Shown here one piece after another: positions 16,425 to 23,832 of a stretch of DNA of 29,941 nt. This DNA is from a bacterium (GTDB lineage: Bacteria; Patescibacteriota; CG2-30-54-11; JBAXVQ01). The position numbers were made by a program, and so were the translations under genes. Under the pieces are notes generated by a model that saw nothing but the letters and a program-made list of their open reading frames with translations, was not told the origin of the DNA and did no database searches. Positions within the stretch are counted from its first letter, which is position 1. The number at the start of each line of letters is the position of its first letter. The stretch is taken from NCBI GenBank assembly GCA_037128935.1, contig JBAXVQ010000019.1, positions 1 through 29,941 of the forward strand, written 5' to 3'.

Positions 16425-17953
16425 ACTTCACTTCTTGTTTGTTTTACCCCGTCCACAGAAATAATTTTGCGGACGGGCTTTTTTTTAGGTTTGGCTAACC
16501 AATATACCAACCCTGTGTAATACAAAACACTTACCACAACCGGCAAACTTGGAACTGTCATTGCGGCAAAGGGCACTGCTGCGCAGGTTTTGATCACCCA
16601 TAAAATGTAGTGGAGTGGGTAGTAGACAAACATTGCTGCTGCACGACCAAAAGGAAGCGAAGCCATACCGGTAACTGTTACCAGAAAGCCAAGCAACATC
16701 GTGACTGGGACAATTTCCAAAATAAGGACGTTGGAAATAATGCTGATGAAGGAAATACTTTTGAAATAGGTAATGATCAGCGGTAGGACAGCAATTTGGG
16801 CACAAAGCGTGAGGAGAGCGGTTTCCCCAATCCAGTTGGGAAGTTTTTCAGTAACCAAAGCAAACCATGGCCATTTTGAAAGTTTTGGATGGATGTAGAG
16901 GATACCTGCTGTGGAAAGGAATGAGAGCTGAAAACCAACATCCCAGAGTGTGTAGGGGTTCCAAGCGGTCATCAAGGCGGCGGTGAAAAGGAATGAGGTG
17001 GTCATTTCTCTTTTTCTACCGACGGTTTGGGCGTAGAGCATGAAGCCAGCCATGAGGGCGGCTCGCATGATCGAGGGTGCTGCTCCGACGAAGAGAACAA
17101 AAAGGCCGATGGCGGCAACAAGAAGCCAGAACTTTTTCTTACGATTCATCCGATTACCAATCAGGATGCTGAGGGCGGCGACAATGACGGAGATGTTGAA
17201 GCCGGAAAGGGCGATGATGTGCGTGGTTCCTGTGGTCATGAAGGCTTGTTTGTAGGTGTCGGAAAAACCTCGTTTGCTGCCAAGGAGAAGTCCCGCAAGG
17301 AGGGAGCTTTCTGGTTCGGATACGAGTTGGTTGACTGTTTTCTCGGTAAAAACGTTGAAGCGGTAGAGCCAGAGTAGAAGTATGTTGCCAACAAATTTTC
17401 CAGAAGTCTCTACCCGAGGTTGCTTGATGATGGCAAATACATCTTTCCGTTGGAGGTATTCTTGGTAATCAAAATCTTCATACACAGGTGGCGTGCTAAG
17501 TTTTCCCTCTACAACAACCTCGTCACCGTAGAAATAGGGCAAATATTTCGAAACGGAAATCTGAAGATGCCCACGAATGGTGTTAACTGTCTGTCTTTCC
17601 CCATCTTTTTCTATTGAAATTTCATCAGGTTGTATACTCAACCGCATCACCTGCCCCTGCTCTTCTGGTTTCTGGTCTATCCAGCCACGAATACGCACCT
17701 CTTGTTCATAATCGCGGTAAAAGGCGATGTGGTGGGTGTCGATTACGGGAGTAACGGTGCTAAACCTAACCCAGCCGAAACAACAGGCTCCAACGAGTGC
17801 AAGCCCTAGCAAAACTCGCTTTTTCTTACGAAATAGCCAAGCGAACGTCCAAGATGCTACCCAACCAGCGAGCAAAAACCTGCTTGGGAGCGTCGCAACG
17901 CTTCCGAGCCAGATTCCGGCGAGCCAACCGATTGAGATGAAGAGGAGGAGCAT
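16421..17953 (-). CDS. comEC: ComEC/Rec2 family competence membrane protein (DUF4131 plus Competence domain; no C-terminal MBL domain)
   Basis: 510-aa polytopic ORF. It carries the motif TGTTHIIALSGFNISVIVA (an HLLAISGLH-type motif) and has many TM helices. Confidence 0.8.
   Translation of the reverse strand: MLLLFISIGWLAGIWLGSVATLPSRFLLAGWVASWTFAWLFRKKKRVLLGLALVGACCFGWVRFSTVTPVIDTHHIAFYRDYEQEVRIRGWIDQKPEEQGQVMRLSIQPDEISIEKDGERQTVNTIRGHLQISVSKYLPYFYGDEVVVEGKLSTPPVYEDFDYQEYLQRKDVFAIIKQPRVETSGKFVGNILLLWLYRFNVFTEKTVNQLVSEPESSLLAGLLLGSKRGFSDTYKQAFMTTGTTHIIALSGFNISVIVAALSILIGNRMNRKKKFWLLVAAIGLFVLFVGAAPSIMRAALMAGFMLYAQTVGRKREMTTSFLFTAALMTAWNPYTLWDVGFQLSFLSTAGILYIHPKLSKWPWFALVTEKLPNWIGETALLTLCAQIAVLPLIITYFKSISFISIISNVLILEIVPVTMLLGFLVTVTGMASLPFGRAAAMFVYYPLHYILWVIKTCAAVPFAAMTVPSLPVVVSVLYYTGLVYWLAKPKKKPVRKIISVDGVKQTRSEV
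16448..16486 (+). terminator. Intrinsic terminator after the PEGA gene (lies inside the 3' tail of the convergent comEC ORF)
   Basis: The stem is CCCGTCCAC/GCGGACGGG (9 bp with one mismatch) with a 12-nt loop. It is followed by a run of 8 T (16479-16486). Confidence 0.7.
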
Positions 17954-17965
17954 AGAGCTTTGCCT

Positions 17966-18379
17966 CTATGGTTGCTTTATCAGTGTTGGATACTGCTTGA
18001 TGAATTCAGCTGGTGGTAGGATTATAGTTCCTGCAATGTTTTGTCCAAAGTATGTGCCAAAATGCTGTATATCGCCGGTGATAATGAAAGTAACTTTTGC
18101 GTGAAGAGCTGCTTGAAGTATGGGAAGATCTTTTGTAGGCAAGGAAACTGCAGCTTGCTGACTGTTCTGCAGAACAACTGAGGCTATTTCTATTGATTTA
18201 AGAAGCTGGGTCAGTGTTTCCTGTTGTTGAAATGTTGAAAGGTTTCGAGCTGCTTCTTCTACAGCGTATTGCGAAGTAACGAGCTGGACATTGCCCATTT
18301 GCCACAGTACAAGGAGACGGCTTTCACTTTTATATGCTGCTGAAAAGAGTATGTTTGCATCAAGAAAAACTCGTATCAA
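17966..18379 (-). CDS. PIN domain toxin (VapC-like)
   Basis: The product starts IRVFLDANILFSAAY (first acidic PIN residue) and later has FIITGD. It uses a TTG start 3 nt after the antitoxin stop. Confidence 0.7.
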   Translation of the reverse strand: MIRVFLDANILFSAAYKSESRLLVLWQMGNVQLVTSQYAVEEAARNLSTFQQQETLTQLLKSIEIASVVLQNSQQAAVSLPTKDLPILQAALHAKVTFIITGDIQHFGTYFGQNIAGTIILPPAEFIKQYPTLIKQP

Positions 18380-18382
18380 CAG

Positions 18383-18679
18383 TTATACTCCCTCGGGTTT
18401 ATGATGAGGAACAGTATCCGGATCAATACCAAGTTTTTCTACTTCCTGTCTGGCGCTCTGGTAATCGTCCGCATCAACGGCAGTTGAGAGCAGGAACTCG
18501 GCTTTACGCTGGGGAGTGTATATTTCTGTAGGAACAGCTGTGGCGGGTTTGAGCAAAATACCGTCATCCCGTGTTTCCGTGATGACAAGCACACCCTCAT
18601 CAAGGCCATACTGTTGACGAAGCATTGCTGGAACTACAAGTGTTCCGCGTTTTCCCATTTTGATTACTTCTTGCGTCAT
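18383..18679 (-). CDS. AbrB/SpoVT-type antitoxin
   Basis: KMGKRGTLVVPAMLRQQYGLDEGVLVITETRDDGILLKP is a SpoVT-AbrB swapped-hairpin motif. The start is uncertain: the track uses a TTG at 18691 and I prefer the ATG at 18679. Confidence 0.65.
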   Translation of the reverse strand: MTQEVIKMGKRGTLVVPAMLRQQYGLDEGVLVITETRDDGILLKPATAVPTEIYTPQRKAEFLLSTAVDADDYQSARQEVEKLGIDPDTVPHHKPEGV

Positions 18680-18738
18680 CGCAATGTCCAATTATCTGAT
18701 TTTCAGAATAGCAGATTTTCTTCGTATTTTCAAGTTTT

Positions 18739-19161
18739 CTATCGCTTCCCGTCCAAATACGTCTGCAAAATAATCTTCGCAGCTTTTTGATTGACCAACT
18801 TTTTCATAGCGGGGTCGCGAAGCTTTTTCCTATCTGATCCAACTAGTGCTTTTTCTGCAAGTTGCGAGGTTCCATATTCGTCGATGAAATGGACTGCAGG
18901 CTGAGGCGAGAGTTGCCTTACGAGATCAGCAACGAAGTGCTCGATCTCAACCCGCATTTCAGCAGCGGTGTTGTTTTCGTGGTAAGGGATGCCTACCACA
19001 AGCGTAGTGATTTGGTGTGTGTTAATAAGAGAAATGAGATGGGGAATTGCTTGAGAAGTGTTATCAAGGGTGGTCAGTTCATCGGCAATCAGATTCATGT
19101 CATCAGCTATGGCAACGCCGATAAACTTAGTACCGTAGTCGAGGGAAAGAAACTGCTGCAT
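18739..19161 (-). CDS. ruvX: Holliday junction resolvase-like RuvX (YqgF)
   Basis: The sequence FLSLDYGTKFIGVAIAD...VVGIPYHENNT...IDEYGTSQLAE matches the YqgF/RuvX pattern. Confidence 0.85.
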   Translation of the reverse strand: MQQFLSLDYGTKFIGVAIADDMNLIADELTTLDNTSQAIPHLISLINTHQITTLVVGIPYHENNTAAEMRVEIEHFVADLVRQLSPQPAVHFIDEYGTSQLAEKALVGSDRKKLRDPAMKKLVNQKAAKIILQTYLDGKR

Positions 19162-19194
19162 GGAAATCCTACATATCGTAGGTTTACTCTACTA

Positions 19195-19602
19195 CTAGGA
19201 AGCTGCCCGTTCAATTGGTTTCGCTTCAACGCCGCTGAAAGCCCAGTAAGGAAAGAGGATGAAAAGCAACGGTGAAATGAATACTGAAACACACCCAATC
19301 CACTTGGACATGCCGAACGTTACTGCAAGATCCATATAAGTAATAACAAGAATCACAAAGTTTACAAAAGGGATAAGGAGAAGAAGAATCCACCATACTG
19401 GTCTACGGACAATTTGTAGCATCAAAACTACATTTAAAACAGGAATGAACGCAAACCAACCGTTATCGGTTTTAGATTTTTGAGCCATCTTCATAAGGCA
19501 AAAACCAAAGAAAACGTAAAGGATGAAACTCACTATCAGGATAGTTGCAAGAACACCTGGAGGTAATGAACCTGAAGTTTTGTAGCTGTATGAATAATCC
19601 AT
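19195..19602 (-). CDS. Small membrane protein, DUF5684-like
   Basis: The sequence is GWFAFIPVLNVVLMLQIVRRPVWWILLLLIPFVNFVILVITYMDLAVTFG. An AGGAG RBS lies 8 nt upstream. Confidence 0.65.
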   Translation of the reverse strand: MDYSYSYKTSGSLPPGVLATILIVSFILYVFFGFCLMKMAQKSKTDNGWFAFIPVLNVVLMLQIVRRPVWWILLLLIPFVNFVILVITYMDLAVTFGMSKWIGCVSVFISPLLFILFPYWAFSGVEAKPIERAAS

Positions 19603-19703
19603 TTTTTTCTCCTACTTACTGTGTTTTTATAATTTTACTATAGCTGCTTATAATTTTGTTAACAATGGTTCACAAACGCAACCTATGATAAGGTTTTCAT
19701 TTT

Positions 19704-21092
19704 TTATAGTTCGATAGTCTGTTTCCACTGCGGTATCGTCGTGGGAAACTTAAGCTCGGCTGCGATCTTGTCGCTGAGGGCTTTTCTGGAATCGTCTTCG
19801 CCGTGGACGAGGATAACCTGTTTTGGTGGTTGGGGAATTTTCCCAATCCAGCGCATAAGCTCAGATTGGTCAGCGTGGGCGGAGAAGCCACCTAGAGTGT
19901 GGATGTGGGCTTTGACGGCTATTTCTTCATTGAAGATTTTGACCACTTTTGCGCCGGTGATGATGCGTTCGCCAAGGGAGCCGTCAGCTTGGAATCCTAC
20001 AAACACGATGTGGGCATTGGGTCGCCAGAGGTTGTGTTTGAGGTGATGACGGATACGGCCTGCATCGCACATGCCAGAGGCAGAGATAATCATGGCTTGT
20101 TTGAAGTTGTTGATCTGGCGCGATTCGTCGGCGGTCTGGGTGAATTTGAGGTGGGAAAGTTCGAGTGGATTTTTTCCGGCTTTGACGGCGAGGTTCATTT
20201 CTTCGTCAAAACATTCGGGATGTTTTGAGAAAATGGTGGTAGCAGAGCTAGCAAGCGGGCTGTCGACAAAAATCGGCAGTTTGAAAGGTGTGCCGTTTTC
20301 CGCCATGATGTGGAGTTCGTAGAGGATTTCTTGGGTTCTTTCGACTGCGAAGGCGGGGATGACGATGTTGCCGCTGGATTTGAGGGATTGAGATATAATG
20401 TGCTGAAATTCTTTTACCGTTTCGGGGCGAGATTTATGGAGGCGGTTGCCGTAGGTTGATTCGAGAAATACGTAATCGGCCTGAGGAATGGCTTCGGGGT
20501 CGCGTACGATGCGTTGACCTCGATTTCCGATGTCGCCACTGAATACGATAGTTTTTTTCTGCCCTTGGTCATTTATTTCCAAGAAAATAAAGCTGGAACC
20601 GAGGATGTGACCGGCATCGTAGAACGTTGCAGTGATATCTTGAGTGATGGGTGTTGGTTTATGGTAGGCAACGGGACGGAAGAGTTTAAGTGTTTTTTCG
20701 ACGTCTTCTTTGCTGTAGAGTGCGACGATGAGTTCTTTTCCGGCACGCATTCTTTTGCGGTTCATCCATTCGAGATCTTCTTCTTGGATGTGTGCGCTGT
20801 CGGGGAGCAGTATTCCACACAGGTCGGCGGTTGCCGCTGTGGTGTAGATTTTTTTATCAAAACCGTTGCTGACGAGTTTTGGGAGGAGTCCGGAGTGGTC
20901 GATGTGGGCGTGTGTAAGGAGAACGGCATCAATGGTGTGTGGGTCGAACAAAAAGTCTAGGTGATTGCGTTCTTCGACATCGCTCTGACCTTGGAACATA
21001 CCGCAGTCGATGAGGACTCGGGAGTTGCCGACTTCGAGGAGATAGGAGGAACCGGTCACTGTACCAGTGGCGCCGAGGAAGGTGATTTTCAT
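19704..21092 (-). CDS. MBL-fold beta-CASP RNA-metabolising hydrolase (CPSF/RNase J-like)
   Basis: The N-terminus is MKITFLGATGTVTGS. The HAHIDHSG motif is present, along with beta-CASP and a C-terminal RMMBL-like region (LGGFSAHADQSEL...VHGE). Confidence 0.85.
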   Translation of the reverse strand: MKITFLGATGTVTGSSYLLEVGNSRVLIDCGMFQGQSDVEERNHLDFLFDPHTIDAVLLTHAHIDHSGLLPKLVSNGFDKKIYTTAATADLCGILLPDSAHIQEEDLEWMNRKRMRAGKELIVALYSKEDVEKTLKLFRPVAYHKPTPITQDITATFYDAGHILGSSFIFLEINDQGQKKTIVFSGDIGNRGQRIVRDPEAIPQADYVFLESTYGNRLHKSRPETVKEFQHIISQSLKSSGNIVIPAFAVERTQEILYELHIMAENGTPFKLPIFVDSPLASSATTIFSKHPECFDEEMNLAVKAGKNPLELSHLKFTQTADESRQINNFKQAMIISASGMCDAGRIRHHLKHNLWRPNAHIVFVGFQADGSLGERIITGAKVVKIFNEEIAVKAHIHTLGGFSAHADQSELMRWIGKIPQPPKQVILVHGEDDSRKALSDKIAAELKFPTTIPQWKQTIEL

Positions 21093-21272
21093 GAAAATTC
21101 CTAAGTGTAGTGCTGGTTTCTATGGTAGCAGAAACGTGGGGGAAATTCCCCCTGCCCACTCTTTCCAACAGAGGGGGAAAGATAAATTCCGCTTACTTCA
21201 GGCTCATACTGACTATTGAAAACCTTCATCGATCGTGCTATCGTACTACCGAAATCAATTCGATACGAAATT

Positions 21273-21482
21273 ATGCTTTCAGTTACTGTTTCTCCAAAAT
21301 TTCAGGTGGTCATCCCTTTGGCTGCAAGGCAAAAATTGAAGTTGAAAGCCGGGCAGAAGGTGCAGGTGCTGCTGTACAACAACCGTATTGAGTACATTCC
21401 TGAACAACCGATCGGGTCGATGCGGGGTTTTTTGAAGGGAATCAAGACTGATGTGCCAAGAGAGGAAGGAGATCGAGGATGA
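21273..21482 (+). CDS. vapB: AbrB/MazE-type antitoxin (VapB-like)
   Basis: The product starts MLSVTVSPKFQVVIPLAARQKLKLKAGQKVQVLL. There is a 4-nt ATGA overlap with the PIN gene. The track start at 21216 is a TTG further upstream. Confidence 0.7.
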   Translation: MLSVTVSPKFQVVIPLAARQKLKLKAGQKVQVLLYNNRIEYIPEQPIGSMRGFLKGIKTDVPREEGDRG

Positions 21483-21853
21483 ATCTTGTCGATTCCTGTG
21501 GCTGGCTGGAGTATTTGGCAGATGGGAGTAATGCGGATTTTTTCGCTCCGGTACTTGAAAATACTGTCAACCTGCTTGTTCCAAGTCTCTGCATGTTTGA
21601 GGTGTTCAAACGGGTGTTGCAGCAAAAAGATGAGGATCTTGCGTTGCAGGCGGTGGCGTTGATGAAGCAGGGAAAGGTTGTTGATCTGACGGAATCGATC
21701 GCCCTACAGGCTGCGAAAATCAGTTGCGATCTGCGACTGCCGATGGCGGACAGTATTATTCTGGCGACGGCGAGGGAGTATGAAGCAGTGCTGTGGACGC
21801 AGGATGGGGATTTTGAGGGGGTGGAGGGGGTGAGATTTGTTGGGAAAGGGTGA
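21479..21853 (+). CDS. vapC: Type II toxin VapC (PIN domain)
   Basis: The sequence is MNLVDSCGWLEYL...PSLCMFEV...MADSIILATA...LWTQDGDF, which contains the conserved D/E/D/D PIN positions. Confidence 0.8.
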   Translation: MNLVDSCGWLEYLADGSNADFFAPVLENTVNLLVPSLCMFEVFKRVLQQKDEDLALQAVALMKQGKVVDLTESIALQAAKISCDLRLPMADSIILATAREYEAVLWTQDGDFEGVEGVRFVGKG

Positions 21854-21905
21854 AATATTGACTTTTCTATATCATTGTTTGAGAAATATACAGTTGTAAT
21901 AAGGA

Positions 21906-23342
21906 TTAGTTGTGATCGGTTGCATAAATAACGTGTATTCTTTCTGAAGCTCTTCGACCTGACTCATACCGTGGAGAAGCAAGACTAAAACTGGTTTCTT
22001 TTGTGTTTACCACTGTATTAAATCCCATACTATTCAAGAAATTTGCAACAGCATTACTAGGGAGGGGAAAGTACAACAATCTATCTCCACTCAACTTATA
22101 AAAGGGCTCAATATCAAACCAACGAATTGTATGGTGACGTGGTGAATACTCTAAAGGCCCTCCCAAATCATCGTTACGAAAACCATATCCATCGGCTGCC
22201 TCATCAATAATGAGCACAGTAGGGTTATTAACTTTTTCTACCACTTTTCTAATAGTAGAAAAGGCACCAATAGGTATATAAGCTCTCTGGTTTGGTTCAA
22301 GATTCCAACTTCTTAAATCATAGGATTCATTACCATCTCTTAAGATACCATTTTGTAAAACCATTCCTTTGCTTCTCATTTGTTCATCAGAAAGCATAAC
22401 CTCGCTCAGTCGCCCGTTTACTACTTTTATTCCCACCATTTTATCAGGGCACATACCATTACCAGTCCTTGTAAAAAGATATGGAGGAATGCAGTCTAAA
22501 CTATAAGGAAACAATACTAAACCGTTCTCTACTTGTTGCACTTCTTCAATAGCTGCTACTGCTTTTACAGCCAAATTACTATTAGGTTTGGCACGAAGAA
22601 ACTCTTTTCTCACACCCTTAAGAATTTCTATTCCTATGTATTGCCCAACAGATGTTTCACTAAATTTCTCAATCACAGCTCTCATTAACTTTCCATTACC
22701 TGCACCAAATTCAATAATAGTATCAACTCTGTGTTTTCTTGCTGCTTCTACAACCAGACTAGAGGAAGTTTTATCAACACAAGTACCACCGTGAAATTTA
22801 TTCTTTGCGTGATATCCGTTCCGACCATTTTGAATTATTTCAATGAATTCAGCATAAGTTATAGGGCATTTGTTACTTGCTCTTTCAAGCTCCTTTGCCA
22901 ATTTTCGATCATTTATCAAGATGTCTTTTGCCCAATCTACTTGATCACACTCAGCATCTGGAGCATACCTTTCCTGAGTCTTTTCGATTTTCTCTTTTCG
23001 TAGCAATACACGTGCTAGCAATGTTCCTCCTGCCACTCCCCCTCCTGCTACCCATCCCAAAGGATTTGTTGCCGCCGTCACTCCTGCCGCCACAACACCA
23101 AGCCCCAGAAACACCTTCTTCCACCTCTGTATTTTCGGATCGTCTGTCCTCATTGAATCCTGCACCAGCCTTGCAGACAAGGAACTAAACACTGCAGCAG
23201 CTTCGTGCACTCTATCAAAAGGGTGCTGAAACCCTTCCGCAGCAGCAACTACAAGAGGGGCTACCAATCCTCCAATATTTTCCCGCCGCTTGTAGCTTTC
23301 TTGTGTAACCCAATGTTTTATAGAATCCAACGACCCTCTCAT
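21906..23342 (-). CDS. MidA/NDUFAF7-like (Methyltransf_28, DUF185) SAM-dependent methyltransferase with an N-terminal Gly-rich membrane extension
   Basis: PITYAEFIEIIQNGRNGYH parallels the MidA N-motif PItFaeFMe..LY.p..GYY. IIEFGAGNGKLMRAV is SAM motif I. LFPYSLDCIPPYLF parallels NEf.DAlPv..f. A VLIIDEAADGYGF motif is also present. The N-terminal roughly 120 aa contain GLGVVAAGVTAATNPLGWVAGGGVAGGTLLARVLL. I prefer the ATG at 23342 (AGGTG upstream); the track uses a GTG at 23354. Confidence 0.55.
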   Translation of the reverse strand: MRGSLDSIKHWVTQESYKRRENIGGLVAPLVVAAAEGFQHPFDRVHEAAAVFSSLSARLVQDSMRTDDPKIQRWKKVFLGLGVVAAGVTAATNPLGWVAGGGVAGGTLLARVLLRKEKIEKTQERYAPDAECDQVDWAKDILINDRKLAKELERASNKCPITYAEFIEIIQNGRNGYHAKNKFHGGTCVDKTSSSLVVEAARKHRVDTIIEFGAGNGKLMRAVIEKFSETSVGQYIGIEILKGVRKEFLRAKPNSNLAVKAVAAIEEVQQVENGLVLFPYSLDCIPPYLFTRTGNGMCPDKMVGIKVVNGRLSEVMLSDEQMRSKGMVLQNGILRDGNESYDLRSWNLEPNQRAYIPIGAFSTIRKVVEKVNNPTVLIIDEAADGYGFRNDDLGGPLEYSPRHHTIRWFDIEPFYKLSGDRLLYFPLPSNAVANFLNSMGFNTVVNTKETSFSLASPRYESGRRASERIHVIYATDHN

Positions 23343-23450
23343 CGGCAGCAACACCTTTTTTTATAGAAGTATTTTTTTACCATAGTTATGACAAAAAGTC
23401 AATAGGGATCGAAAATTCAGGCACGGCAGGAGTGAAATCTTTAGGTGTCA

Positions 23451-23479
23451 TCCTGAGCGAAGTCTTCGGAGTCGAAGGA
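23451..23479 (+). repeat. Solo 5' arm of the long-hairpin element family
   Basis: TCCTGAGCGAAGTCTTCGGAGTCGAAGGA matches the 5' arms at 23601-23627 and 27662-27688. No 3' arm follows it. Confidence 0.6.
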
Positions 23480-23600
23480 TCTCTTCGAACATCATGACAC
23501 GGGGAGTTACCGTTGTCCGTGGGCGGACAGCTGGCACGGTAGTACCGCACCCACCTCCCGAGACGCAATGAATCGTGTCTCTACGATCCCATTGTTCTTG

Positions 23601-23670
23601 CCTGAGCGGAGTCTTCGTAGTCGAAGGCCACACACTGGTTGCCCCTCGATTTCGAGGACTTCACTCGGGG
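23601..23670 (+). repeat. Long imperfect hairpin element of about 70 nt (copy 1)
   Basis: CCTGAGCGGAGTCTTCGTAGTCGAAGG-loop-CCCCTCGATTTCGAGGACTTCACTCGGGG. It is highly similar to 27662-27733, with the arms conserved and the loop divergent. Confidence 0.75.
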
Positions 23671-23832
23671 GGAAAACCCGCTGCAAGACCTGGTAGGTTT
23701 TCCCAAACCTGACAGGTCTAAACGCCCTTGCCGCAACCCTCTCGTCTCCCAACCAACCAGCCGCTACGGGACAATGGGCTGAAGCCCGTTGTTCTCACAT
23801 CCCAACATCCCCCCATGCTACAATAACCACAT

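Noticed and set aside
21138-21182. The perfect palindrome GGGGGAAATTCCCCC (21138-21152) and the stem TCTTTCC/GGAAAGA (21160-21182), located between the divergent MBL-RNase and vapB genes, as a VapB operator.
   Set aside because: This is plausible, but the site lies about 90-135 nt upstream of the vapB start. It also resembles a solo arm of the CCCCC/GGGGG repeat family. There is not enough evidence to call a regulatory site.
23386-23752. Three overlapping minus-strand ORFs (60-81 aa) in the recG upstream spacer.
   Set aside because: Their peptides (..STPKTSLRMT.., ..RLRRLRSG.., ..RFIASREV..) are read-outs of the hairpin repeats. They are mutually overlapping and have no RBS.
23355-23832. Possibility that the structured spacer is RNase P RNA, tmRNA, SRP RNA or 6S RNA.
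   Set aside because: I could not find the hallmark conserved strings. There is no GAGGAAAGTCCGGGC-type RNase P core, no tmRNA tag ORF or tRNA-like ends, and no GGAAGCAGCC-type SRP domain IV. This was not tested with covariance models.
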